This document shows, one piece after another, positions 1 through 8,745 of a DNA stretch of 60,984 nucleotides. The stretch comes from a bacterium (GTDB taxonomy: Bacteria > Zhuqueibacterota > QNDG01 > DTFT01): positions 1-60,984 of the forward strand of contig JAUCQC010000275.1 in assembly GCA_030372965.1 (NCBI GenBank). Direction: 5' to 3'. Every line of letters begins with the position of its first letter. Position 1 is the first letter of the stretch. Both the position numbers and the translations under genes were made by a program. Under the pieces are notes generated by a model. That model made no database searches. It saw nothing but the letters and a program-made list of their open reading frames with translations, and was not told where the DNA came from.

Positions 1-23
1 CGTCAGATGTGTATAAGAGACAG
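1..23 (+). other. Nextera/Tn5 mosaic-end sequencing adapter (artefact, not genomic)
   Basis: CGTCAGATGTGTATAAGAGACAG is the 3' part of the Nextera transposase adapter. It produces the spurious peptides MCIRDS, MYKRQ and ...LSLIHI in the ORF track. Confidence 0.97.
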
Positions 24-1001
24 CGACAGGGTCGGCAGCATGCGGGAAAGGGCCGCGTCCGCCGCGGCCGATGCCGCGCGGCCCGCAGCGCGGACGGCCT
101 GCAGGTCCGGTCTCGCGGCGAGCGCCAGGGTGACCAGACTGTCCACAGTCCGGCCGGCGCCCGGAACCGGCGGACCCGGATCGACCGCGCCGATGTCCTG
201 AAACGCGTTGGCCGGAAATCCCATGGCGGTCGCGAGACCGCCCCGGGTGATCCGGACCTGGCCCTCCGCTTCCAGAACCGCGAGCCGCGCCTCCGAGTGC
301 GCGGTCCTGGCCTGAAGCGCGTCCGCGAGCGTGGCGAGGCCCACACGGTGCTTTTCCTCAGCCGCCCGAAAATGCTGCTCCGCTTCCGCCAGGGAAGTCC
401 GGTTGGCCTCGAGCAGGGATCTGCTGGCGCAGTAGTTGAAGAACGCGGTTTCGGTTTTTAGAACGGCGTTCTGAATGGCCTGGTTGTGCGTCCAGTCCGC
501 GGCCAGCAGGGCCTCCCGGGCCATGGCCGTTGACGAGGCCCTGCCCCCGAAATCGAAGAGCAGAAAGGAAAGCCCGGCTTCAGCCCGGGTGACGGTCAGA
601 GAATCCCTCGCCTGCCGGCTGTCGAAACCGTCCGGGAAGGACCACAGGCGGGTCGCGGCCGCGTTCAGAGTGACATTCGGCAGCCAGAGCGAACCGAGCG
701 TCCCGGCCCGGCTCGCCGCCTCGGAACGGGCCGCCGCCCAGGCCGCCCGCGTGTCCGGGTCGTTCTCCAGCGCGAGAGCCACGGCGTCCGCGAGCGTGAG
801 GCCGGCCATTTTATCACGCGTGGTATCCGGGACCGCGGGAGGGATCATCCGGGCCGCTTCCTTACGGTCCGGCTTCGGCGGACTCCAGGGGACGGACGCG
901 GACCGCGAAACCGCAGAAACACCGGATACAGGAGGCGACAGATGGCTGCAGCCGAAGAACAGGAGCGACAGGACGGGAATCGGGATCAGATGGGATTTCA
1001 T
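24..1001 (-). CDS. TolC-family outer membrane efflux protein, 3'-truncated at the contig end
   Basis: ATG at 1001 gives MKSHLIP...LFFGC (lipobox-like). OEP motifs 'LTLADAVALALENDP', 'LSFLLFDFGGR', 'GLATLADALQA', 'ALAARPDLQA'. The frame runs into the adapter without a stop. Confidence 0.85.
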
Positions 1002-1311
1002 GAAGTCTTTCCGGTATCGAATGGAATATCCTTGAAAGTTATCCGAACCGGCCGACAATGTCAAGGCTTTTCATGTCATAAATTGTAGGTGGGACGGGAA
1101 CTTCGGAGGTTCGAAGCCCGTACATGGGGAGCTTCCGTTTGGGGCTCGGATGCCCCGATTCGAGGCCCTTCGGGGGAGAAGCAGAGGGGCGGTGCTCGGG
1201 GCGACAGCATGAAACAATTTTACCGGACACTCAGGGAACGGATTCGCGCGTCCTGACCGGGGAACCGGCTCCGGGAGCCGCATGCGCGGAGAGCAACCGC
1301 CCGCGGCAGGT

Positions 1312-2832
1312 CTATTCCGTGATCCGGAACTCCCTGTCCCCGGGCCTCAGTTCATCGTACATTTCCTTCAGGGCCGCGAACGCGGACCGGCTGCCCCTCT
1401 GCATGGCCTTCCGGTAGTACTGCACGCAGAGCGGCACGCTGGCCGCGGTGCCGATGCCGTCCCTGTAACAGGCGCCGAGTATTTCCTGGCTGAGCATGGA
1501 GCCCGCGTCCGACGCTTTTTTCAGGCTGTCGATCAGGGCCGGGTTCGGCGTCGCTCCGGCCAGCGCGAGATCCATCATCCACAGCCGGACCCGCGCTTCC
1601 ACGCTGCCCGCATCCGCGGCCCTGAGGAGCAGAGACTTGCCCCGGTCCGGATCACGGGCCACACCCCGGCCGGACAGGACCATCAGGCCGAATTGAACCG
1701 CGGCCGGAACGTATCCCGCCGAGGCCGCCTCTTCCAGATAGGATACGACGCGGTCCTCCGTCAATTGACGGTCATAACCGTAGGCATTCAGGTTGGCCCA
1801 CGCGAATTTCGCGGCAGGTTCGCCGGTCGCCGCGCGGCTCCTGAGTTCCTCGAAAAACCCCTCTTTCCGGATCAGCTTCCAAAGCAGTTCAGGCGCCCAC
1901 GGGGAATCCGTGCGTATGGCTCTCAGGTACCAGGCGGCCGCGAGCACGCGGTCCCGCGCCGGGCCGTCCAGGGTTTCGTGCCACCGTCCGACCAGAGTCA
2001 GTGCCTCGGGACTGCCCGCCTCGGCCTCGGCCAGAATGCGCCCGATCTCGGCCCGCATTTTCAGGGTTGTCGAATCCCCTGCAGCGGCCCCCGAATGGCC
2101 CGGCAGAAGCGCGTCGACCGGCTCCCGGTTTCCCGGTGTCGTCGCGTCCGCATCGTCCGTTTCCGGGAATTCCCGCGCCTGTCCATGCGTTTTCAGGGAA
2201 TCCGGTTCTGCTGAAACAGGGCCGCCTCCGGCAGGATCCGGTTTCTGTTCCTGCGGGCGCGTGTCCGGCGCCATCCCTCTTCGCCTGAATTCCTCCATGG
2301 CCTCCTTCGCGGGCGCGTATCCCGAATCCGCGGCCAGGCCGACCCATCGGACCGCCTCGTTGAAATCGCGCTCCACGACCAGGCCGTCGGTGAGCAGGAG
2401 CCCGTACACGTACCGGGCCTCCTTCATGCCTTCCCGCGCCGCGTATTGGAAATGCCGGTACGCCTCAAACGGATTCCAGTCCGTTCCCCAGCCGTTGTTG
2501 GCGAGAAGGCCGAGGTTGTACCGGGCTGACAGCACTTTCTTCTCCGCCGCTTTCCGTATCCAGTAGGCGGCCTTGACCGTGTCCGCGGAGAAACCGCGGC
2601 CGGTCAGGAACCGGATGCCGAGTTCGTGCTGGGCCAGGGGATCGCCCGCGTTCGCCTTCTGCAGGAGCACGATGACGTCGCGGAGCGAGGAAAAATAGGG
2701 ATCCGCGGGCGTGAATAGAACCGCCTGAAATGGCGCCGACTTTCGCAGGGCCAGGGTGTTCGGCACGTCCGCCGCGACAAGGCCGGAGGCGAGAAATACG
2801 AATGAAAAAATTCGGCGATTTAGAAAGTTCAT
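1312..2832 (-). CDS. Secreted Sel1-like repeat (SLR/TPR) protein
   Basis: N-terminal signal peptide. Repeated SLR motifs (AQHELGIRFLTGRG..DTVKAAYWIRKAAE; ARYNLGLL..NGWG..AYRHFQYAA; GACYRDGIG..CVQYYRKAMQRG) in two clusters separated by a charged linker. Confidence 0.85.
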   Translation of the reverse strand: MNFLNRRIFSFVFLASGLVAADVPNTLALRKSAPFQAVLFTPADPYFSSLRDVIVLLQKANAGDPLAQHELGIRFLTGRGFSADTVKAAYWIRKAAEKKVLSARYNLGLLANNGWGTDWNPFEAYRHFQYAAREGMKEARYVYGLLLTDGLVVERDFNEAVRWVGLAADSGYAPAKEAMEEFRRRGMAPDTRPQEQKPDPAGGGPVSAEPDSLKTHGQAREFPETDDADATTPGNREPVDALLPGHSGAAAGDSTTLKMRAEIGRILAEAEAGSPEALTLVGRWHETLDGPARDRVLAAAWYLRAIRTDSPWAPELLWKLIRKEGFFEELRSRAATGEPAAKFAWANLNAYGYDRQLTEDRVVSYLEEAASAGYVPAAVQFGLMVLSGRGVARDPDRGKSLLLRAADAGSVEARVRLWMMDLALAGATPNPALIDSLKKASDAGSMLSQEILGACYRDGIGTAASVPLCVQYYRKAMQRGSRSAFAALKEMYDELRPGDREFRITE

Positions 2833-2962
2833 GGTTCATGCCCCATGGCTTCAGCCGTGGGTTCATGAGCAAGTTCCGAGTTCCGGGTTCTGAGTTCCGA
2901 GTTCGGGAAAAAACGTTTAAACGCGTAAACGTTCTCATGTTCCAACGTTCCAACGTCCCAAC
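2827..2962. repeat. Intergenic mosaic: GTTCNNN heptamer runs, a hairpin, and ACGTTCCA-like octamer run
   Basis: gttcatg x2 (2827-2840); hairpin cccatggc-ttca-gccgtggg (2842-2861); gttccga/gttccgg/gttctga/gttccga/gttcggg (2873-2907); six 8-mers acgtttaa...acgtccca (2913-2960). Confidence 0.8.
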
Positions 2963-2988
2963 AGCCCCGCTTCCCCGAAGGAGTCACT

Positions 2989-3798
2989 TCAGAATCCCCC
3001 GAGGATTTTTTTCCGGACCGCTGATTCCGCTTCGTTCTTCGCCCTATCCTTCGCGGCCGAAACCGCTTTTTTCCGGACTTCCGCCAAAGCCCTGCGGCTC
3101 AGTTCACCGATGATCTGCCGGGTGAGTTCCGTGGGCGTCGCCCCGTCCGGCGCACCGAGATTGCGCATGTGCACGGTTGGCAGACGCAAAACCGTTTCCC
3201 TGTCTCCCCCGAACTCGAGTCTGCCGCGAATGACGCCGTTTCTGAACAGAATATTCCGGATGATCAGCAAGGGCTCTTCTTTTGTCACACGTCTCTGATC
3301 CGCTTCCTCCGTGTTCCGCGCTCCTGTTTTCTCCTTCGAAGAAGAAGCGGACCGGGAGAGATTGCCGAGAATCACATTCAGGTTGAAGGTTCTGTCCTCG
3401 TTCATCTCCGCCAGTATTTCGGGTTCGAGGACCATGATGGAGTCGATGATTTTAACGTCCTCCGTGATGGAGCGGACATCAATGGCAGCGCCGATCTCGC
3501 CCAGGGTAAACGCGTTTTTACCGTTGAATCCCCCGGGATTCGCGACGGTCAGCCCGCGGACCGCAGCCCGGCCCTCTTTCAGTCCGATATGCACCGATTT
3601 CACGTGAACAGCCGTTCCGATGGCGCGGGACCCGAATTTTTCGATACCGGACTTCACCACCCTGTCTAGGTTCAAGAAAACGCAAAGCAGCAGAATGACA
3701 ATGAGGAGAACAGGCGCCAGCAGAATCACCGGGCTCCATCGCCTTCTCCCGGATTTTACGGCTTTTCCAGATTGCTTTGCGGATGATTTTCCTCTCAT
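2989..3798 (-). CDS. AsmA/DUF748-like protein (N-terminal TM anchor, chorein-N-like beta region)
   Basis: One TM helix followed by 'VVKSGIEKFGSRAIGTAVHVKSVHIGLKEGRAAVRGLTVANP..F', typical of short AsmA-family proteins. Confidence 0.7.
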   Translation of the reverse strand: MRGKSSAKQSGKAVKSGRRRWSPVILLAPVLLIVILLLCVFLNLDRVVKSGIEKFGSRAIGTAVHVKSVHIGLKEGRAAVRGLTVANPGGFNGKNAFTLGEIGAAIDVRSITEDVKIIDSIMVLEPEILAEMNEDRTFNLNVILGNLSRSASSSKEKTGARNTEEADQRRVTKEEPLLIIRNILFRNGVIRGRLEFGGDRETVLRLPTVHMRNLGAPDGATPTELTRQIIGELSRRALAEVRKKAVSAAKDRAKNEAESAVRKKILGGF

Positions 3799-4005
3799 GA
3801 ATCCCCTCTCCTTTCGACCTTCAGGGTTCAGACTAGCATTGTTCTATTCTTAATGTAAAGATAACATTTCAATATATCAAGCGCAGGATGGAAGCGGAAA
3901 AAATGAGCGGTGACAATTCTGCCGTCACCTGCGGGAAATACCTTACGACTTATATTTATTATAATTATGATTTTATCTGTGGTTGGGATTTTTTTTTAAA
4001 AAGAC

Positions 4006-4034
4006 TTGCATTTTTTGAATAAATCGATTATATT
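4006..4034 (+). promoter_or_regulatory. sigma70-type promoter of the arsR-like operon
   Basis: TTGCAT-17 nt-TATATT, 27 nt upstream of ATG 4062. Confidence 0.6.
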
Positions 4035-4048
4035 TATATGTAAATATA
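4029..4048. promoter_or_regulatory. Putative ArsR/SmtB operator
   Basis: Perfect inverted repeat TATATTTA-tatg-TAAATATA overlapping the -10 box of an ArsR-family gene. Confidence 0.5.
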
Positions 4049-4061
4049 CGGATATTTAATT

Positions 4062-4325
4062 ATGAATCAGCATCAAAAAAGAAAAGCCGAAATTCTCAAG
4101 GCCCTCGGCCACCCGGTGCGTTACTGCATCGTTGAAGGACTTCTCGCCGGAGAACGGAACGTCACGTCCATCATGGACTGCGTGAGCCTCCCCCAGCCGA
4201 CTGTTTCGCGTCATCTGCAGATATTGAAGTCGGCTGGAATACTGGAAGTCCAGCGCATCGGGAATGAAATGCACTATTCCGTGACCAATGATGAGGCCAG
4301 AAAGATCGTTGAATCGCTCAAATGA
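4062..4325 (+). CDS. ArsR/SmtB-family transcriptional regulator
   Basis: 'LKALGHPVR..IV..L', 'QPTVSRHLQILKSAGIL..QRIG..HYSV' winged HTH, 87 aa. Confidence 0.92.
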   Translation: MNQHQKRKAEILKALGHPVRYCIVEGLLAGERNVTSIMDCVSLPQPTVSRHLQILKSAGILEVQRIGNEMHYSVTNDEARKIVESLK

Positions 4326-4391
4326 TTTTTTTGACCGATTTATCCGAATATCGACATATTCATTTATTGATATAGCGAAAGGGATCGATTC

Positions 4392-4565
4392 ATGACCATC
4401 AGACTGTTGATCGGAATTGCCGTAGGCGCGGCAGCCGGGTACGCCTATTACCGTTTCATCGGCTGTTCGACCGGAGCCTGTCCATTGACCAGCCATCCGG
4501 TTCGGAGCACAATATACGGAGCCGTCATGGGCGCGCTGATATCGGGTGGCTTCAACAAGCAGTGA
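4392..4565 (+). CDS. Small membrane protein, DUF6132-like (57 aa; absent from the ORF track)
   Basis: My translation: MTIRLLIGIAVGAAAGYAYYRFIGCSTGACPLTSHPVRSTIYGAVMGALISGGFNKQ*. Two hydrophobic segments flank a GCxxGxCPxTSxP motif. Confidence 0.75.
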   Translation: MTIRLLIGIAVGAAAGYAYYRFIGCSTGACPLTSHPVRSTIYGAVMGALISGGFNKQ

Positions 4566-4591
4566 TCGACTCATCCAGGAAAGAACCCGTC

Positions 4592-4804
4592 ATGAACAAA
4601 ACACTCGAAGTAAGAAAAAACTTCTGTCCACAGAATCATCCCTGCCCGGCGGTGCGGGTGTGCCCGACCGGCGCGCTGACCCAGAGGGGATATGCCGCGC
4701 CTGAAGTGAACCCCGAACTGTGCACCGGGTGCGGCAAATGCGTGCGCCAGTGCTTTCCCGGCGCGCTCAGGCTGGTGGACGCGGCCCGTTCAAACAAGGC
4801 ATGA
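4592..4804 (+). CDS. Small 4Fe-4S dicluster ferredoxin-like protein
   Basis: CPQNHPCPAVRVCPTGAL and CTGCGKCVRQCFPGAL. Start moved to the second ATG (MNKTLEV). Confidence 0.8.
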   Translation: MNKTLEVRKNFCPQNHPCPAVRVCPTGALTQRGYAAPEVNPELCTGCGKCVRQCFPGALRLVDAARSNKA

Positions 4805-4885
4805 AATATCGCGATACGACCGTATGCGGCCGCGCGACCGGCGGCAATCAACCCTAAGAATCATTCAATCCAGAGGAGAATTGAA

Positions 4886-5194
4886 ATGGATATTCAGACG
4901 ACAGACGCGACTTTCTCGGAAGACGTTCTGAAAGGGGATCTTCCCGTGCTGGTTGATTTCTGGGCGCCCTGGTGCGGTCCCTGCCGCATGGCCGGGCCCA
5001 TCATTGAATCCGTCGCGAAGAAGACGGAGGGCAAGGCGAAGGTTTACAAGCTGAACGTGGACGAGAATCCGAAATCCGCGGCCGAATACGGAATCACTGG
5101 CATTCCGACGGTCCTGATCTTCCGGAATGGAAAGGTTGACAAGGAACTGGTCGGCGTGCAGTCCGAAGCGGCATATTTGGAGGCGCTGAAGTAA
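4886..5194 (+). CDS. trxA: Thioredoxin
   Basis: VLVDFWAPWCGPC active site, 'GIPT' cis-Pro loop, RBS GAGGAG. Confidence 0.95.
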   Translation: MDIQTTDATFSEDVLKGDLPVLVDFWAPWCGPCRMAGPIIESVAKKTEGKAKVYKLNVDENPKSAAEYGITGIPTVLIFRNGKVDKELVGVQSEAAYLEALK

Positions 5195-5216
5195 CCGGGC
5201 TTCTCCCTTTTCAATA

Positions 5217-5250
5217 AAAAACCTCCTGCGTTTTTCTGCAGGAGGTTTTT
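5217..5250. terminator. Bidirectional intrinsic terminator
   Basis: AAAAACCTCCTGC-8 nt-GCAGGAGGTTTTT between convergent trxA and the esterase gene. Confidence 0.8.
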
Positions 5251-5251
5251 C

Positions 5252-5337
5252 AGTTCAAGGTTCAAAGTTCAATGTTCAAAGAAAAAAACAGCGTGTTCCA
5301 ATCTGTTCATTGAACTTTGAACCTTGAACTTTGAACT
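5252..5337. repeat. Inverted pair of heptamer arrays (GTTCAAN x4 / TTGAACN x4)
   Basis: gttcaag gttcaaa gttcaat gttcaaa (5253-5280) and ttgaact ttgaacc ttgaact ttgaact (5310-5337). 5252-5274 is the exact reverse complement of 5308-5330. Confidence 0.85.
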
Positions 5338-5340
5338 GGT

Positions 5341-6528
5341 TTACTGTTTAAACAGTCTCTGCGCGAACACGTTCAGATACTCCCTCCAGTTGATCCACGT
5401 GTGACCGCCCCCGGTCTCCGTGTACTCCACGGCGAATCCGTGTTTCTTCAGCATGTCCACGGTGTCACGGGACGTCTGCAGGAGGAAATCCTCGTTTCCG
5501 GTCGCGAACCACACGAGCCGGAGGCCCTTTTTCAAGGCCGGATCATCGAGCGCGGCCCTGTGATTTTCCTCCCAGGTGGGTCCTTCCTGCCGGCCGAAGG
5601 CGCCGGGCGAAGTGCTGAACGCGCCCGAGCTGAACACGCCGATCCAGGCGAAACGGTCCAGTCGGCTGAAACCGATGGCCAGCGTGTGCGCGCCGCCCAT
5701 GGACAGGCCCGCGATGGCCCGGTTTTGCCTCCCCGGCAGGACGCGGTAGCGGCTCTCGACCAGGGGCACGATGTCGTCCGTGAAATCCGCCAGGAACGGA
5801 TCCGCGGCAGGCTGAGACGGCCCGCCCGCCGCACCGAAACGGAACGGCCCGGTGTGTCCGGCGGGCATGACCACGACCATGGGAACGGCCTTCTTCTCCG
5901 CGATGAGATTGTCGAGGATGAATCCGGCCCTGCCCACCGAGCTCCAGGAGTCGTCGCAGTCCCAGGCCCCGTGCAGGAGATAGAAAACCGGGTATTTCCC
6001 CTTCCCTTTCTCGTACCCGGGCGGCGTGTACACGTGCATGCGCCTCACCCGGTTGAGCGACTTCGATTGGTAGTAGACCTCGGACACCGCGCCGTGCGGA
6101 ACGTCCCGCGCGTCCATGTAAGCCGCGCCCGGCACATGGAACAGGCTCCAGGTGTTGGCGTTGGATTCGCTGGTCGCCGGGTTGCGGGGATCGACGGTTG
6201 AAACGCCGTTCACAATGAACGTGTACCGGTACGAGCCCGGCGGAACCGGACCGACCGTGGTTTGCCAAACGCCGTTCTCCAGCCGGCGCATGGCGGACGA
6301 AGGCCCCAGGTTCGGGATGTCCGTCCCACCCAGGCTGACGGCCGAGGCTTCAGGCGCGTAAACACTGAACAGCGCCGATCCGTCCGGCCGAACGCGGGCG
6401 GTTGTGAATGTGTCGCCGGGCGCGGGTTCCGGCCGGTTCTGGGCTGTTGCTTCTCCGGACCAGGCGAGAACCGCCAAAAGGACAGCCGCGAGGCCGGCTT
6501 TCGCGTGCGATTGAATGGCATCTGTCAT
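5341..6528 (-). CDS. Secreted CE1-type esterase (CBM48/E-set domain + alpha/beta hydrolase); feruloyl/acetyl-xylan esterase-like
   Basis: Signal peptide; 'FSVYAPEAS.VSL' and 'YRYTFIVNGV..VDPRNP' E-set domain; 'YPVFYLLHG', GLSMGG nucleophile, 'GGGHTW'. Start 6528 follows an AGGAG RBS. Confidence 0.85.
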   Translation of the reverse strand: MTDAIQSHAKAGLAAVLLAVLAWSGEATAQNRPEPAPGDTFTTARVRPDGSALFSVYAPEASAVSLGGTDIPNLGPSSAMRRLENGVWQTTVGPVPPGSYRYTFIVNGVSTVDPRNPATSESNANTWSLFHVPGAAYMDARDVPHGAVSEVYYQSKSLNRVRRMHVYTPPGYEKGKGKYPVFYLLHGAWDCDDSWSSVGRAGFILDNLIAEKKAVPMVVVMPAGHTGPFRFGAAGGPSQPAADPFLADFTDDIVPLVESRYRVLPGRQNRAIAGLSMGGAHTLAIGFSRLDRFAWIGVFSSGAFSTSPGAFGRQEGPTWEENHRAALDDPALKKGLRLVWFATGNEDFLLQTSRDTVDMLKKHGFAVEYTETGGGHTWINWREYLNVFAQRLFKQ

Positions 6529-6646
6529 GTCGGGACTCCTGTTCAAGATGGTTCATTTGTGGATGATCCGCTCGGCCACGGATTTTGGATCGACCGGAGC
6601 AAATCCTCCGGCGGTCTTCGGAAGCCCGCGGAAGGATGAACCGACT

Positions 6647-7384
6647 CTACCGGATTTCCTCCGGAACCCCCACGGTCTGGGCCCAGAGCACCTTTTTCGT
6701 ATCCGGCAGATTCAGGGCCTCGGCCAGTCCTTCCTTGTTCGTGCCATGGAACCAGGCGGCCAGCCCCTCTGAGGCGCAGAACAGGTACACGTTCTGACCG
6801 ATAAACCCAGTGTCCACCTCGCCGAAGCCGGGAATTCCGCCGGAAGGCGGTCCCTGCGGCGGTGGCCCCTGGGGCGTTCCCTGCGGCGCCGATCCCTGCT
6901 GTTGCGGGGGTGCTCCCGGAGGCGGTCCCGGTTTCTTCTCCGTGTCGATGACGTAGATCAGCATCACGGGCGCCTTGGCCGCCTCGGGGCGCCGGTTCGC
7001 CAGGGAGCGGACGTCCTTCGCGACCACCGGTTTCAGACTGTGCGGGACGGGTTCGTACAGATAGACGCCCTCGGGCATGGCGACATAGATTTCTATTTCC
7101 TGAAGGTTCATGGCCGATGGCGCGGTGCGGCCGGCCTTGCCGCGCGGGCCCTTATCCCGGTTCACGCCGAAAGCGGCCCAGAGCAGATTGGAGAGGGTCT
7201 GTGTTTCCAGTTTCTGACCGGATATGGCGCGGATGGTCTGCCGCTTGTCCAGCGCCTCCATCAGCGGCATGCCTCCGGTTCTGGCCGGAGGCGGAAGGGT
7301 CAGGAAGGTCAGATCCTGACCCAGCACCGCCGAGATGCCGAGTATGGCGAGGGCCGTCACATTCCGGAACAACCGATTCATCAT
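6647..7384 (-). CDS. SagB/ThcOx-like nitroreductase-family protein with signal peptide
   Basis: 'LMEALDKRQTIR', 'LSNLLWAAFGVNR', 'RTAPSAMN', 'GFIGQNVYLFCASEGL'. Contains a Pro/Gln-rich insertion. Confidence 0.85.
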   Translation of the reverse strand: MMNRLFRNVTALAILGISAVLGQDLTFLTLPPPARTGGMPLMEALDKRQTIRAISGQKLETQTLSNLLWAAFGVNRDKGPRGKAGRTAPSAMNLQEIEIYVAMPEGVYLYEPVPHSLKPVVAKDVRSLANRRPEAAKAPVMLIYVIDTEKKPGPPPGAPPQQQGSAPQGTPQGPPPQGPPSGGIPGFGEVDTGFIGQNVYLFCASEGLAAWFHGTNKEGLAEALNLPDTKKVLWAQTVGVPEEIR

Positions 7385-7415
7385 GAAGACCTCCGTTTTT
7401 TATACCGTGAATCGA

Positions 7416-8744
7416 TCACAACCGCTTTTCCCAAAGCGTATTCCGGGTCTCTCGGACAATCACGCCGTTCAGGACCAGCAGGGAGATCAGGTTCGGAATC
7501 GCCATGCACCCGTTGGCGATGTCCGCGAAGGACCAGACCATGGGCATGGTCGCCACCGACCCGGCCATGACAAGAGCCGTCCAGACGATCCTGTAGGGAA
7601 GGACGATTTTCCCTCCCAGGAGGTATTCCGCCGCCTTCTCGCCGTAGTACGACCAGCCCAGTATTGTGGAAAAGACGAAAGTCAACAGCCCGACCGTCAG
7701 GATGACCGGACCGACGACCGGGATGTCCGAAAAAGCGGCTTTCGTCAGGCGCGCGCCGTTCAGCCCGTTCATCCACTCCCCCGAATTGACCACGACAATG
7801 CCGGTCATGGCGCACACGACCACGGTGTCCCAGAACGTGCCCGTGGAGGAAACCAGCGCCTGACGCACGGGGTTTCTCGTCTGCGCCGCGGCAGCGACTA
7901 TGGGCGCGCTGCCCAGGCCCGACTCGTTCGAGAACAGGCCTCGCGCGATGCCGTAGCGCATCGCCTCCCGCGCCGCCGCGCCGAGGAACCCACCGGCCGC
8001 GGCGTGGCCGGAGAACGCGCTCCGGAAGATCAGCCGGACCGTTTCCGGCACGGCGCCCGCGTGCATCAGCAGCAGCACCAGGCAGCCGAGGATGTAGAAC
8101 GCGGCCATGAAGGGCACGAGGCGCTCGCAAACCCGGGCGATGCTCTTGATTCCTCCAAGGATGACCACCGCGGTGAAGAGCGTCAGCACGATCCCCGTCG
8201 CCCACGCCGGGATCCGGAACGAATCGTGCACCAGCGTCGCGATCGAATTTGCCTGAACCATGTTGCCGATGCCGAAGGCCGTGACCGCGGTGAGCGCCGC
8301 GAAGATGACCGCCAGCCATTTCGTCCCCATGCCCCGTTCGAGCACATACATCGGCCCGCCGGCCATGGTGCCGTTCGGCGCGGTGACGCGGTACTTCACG
8401 GACAGCACCGCCTCCGCGTACTTGGTGGCGATTCCGAACACGCCCGTGAGCCACATCCAGAGCACGGCGCCCGGTCCCCCCGCCGCGACAGCCGTCGCCA
8501 CGCCCACGATGTTGCCGGTGCCGATGGTGGCGGCAAGCGCCGTTGTCAGGGCGCCGAAGTGGCTGATGTCGCCGGTCCCCTCGCGCTCGCGGCTGAAGGA
8601 CAGCCGGATGGCCGATCCAAGGTACCGCTGGATGAAGCGGAGCCGCACCGTCAGAAACAGGTGGGTTCCGAACAGCAGCACGAGAAGGGGGATGCCCCAG
8701 ACCCGGTCAGCGGCGGCCGCGAGGGCTTGTTCGATGGCATGCAT
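7416..8744 (-). CDS. Sodium:alanine/glycine symporter (AGCS family)
   Basis: 'TALAATIGTGNIVGVATA...GGPGAVLWMW', 'GGPMY', 'GIARGLFSNESGLGSAP', 'FWDTVVVC'. Start moved to MHAIEQ. Confidence 0.93.
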   Translation of the reverse strand: MHAIEQALAAAADRVWGIPLLVLLFGTHLFLTVRLRFIQRYLGSAIRLSFSREREGTGDISHFGALTTALAATIGTGNIVGVATAVAAGGPGAVLWMWLTGVFGIATKYAEAVLSVKYRVTAPNGTMAGGPMYVLERGMGTKWLAVIFAALTAVTAFGIGNMVQANSIATLVHDSFRIPAWATGIVLTLFTAVVILGGIKSIARVCERLVPFMAAFYILGCLVLLLMHAGAVPETVRLIFRSAFSGHAAAGGFLGAAAREAMRYGIARGLFSNESGLGSAPIVAAAAQTRNPVRQALVSSTGTFWDTVVVCAMTGIVVVNSGEWMNGLNGARLTKAAFSDIPVVGPVILTVGLLTFVFSTILGWSYYGEKAAEYLLGGKIVLPYRIVWTALVMAGSVATMPMVWSFADIANGCMAIPNLISLLVLNGVIVRETRNTLWEKRL

Positions 8745-8745
8745 G

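Noticed and set aside
3-461. ORFs starting MCIRDS (7..201) and MYKRQ (9..461), and the TolC 'stop' at position 3
   Set aside because: The starts and the ...SLIHI ending derive from the Nextera adapter.
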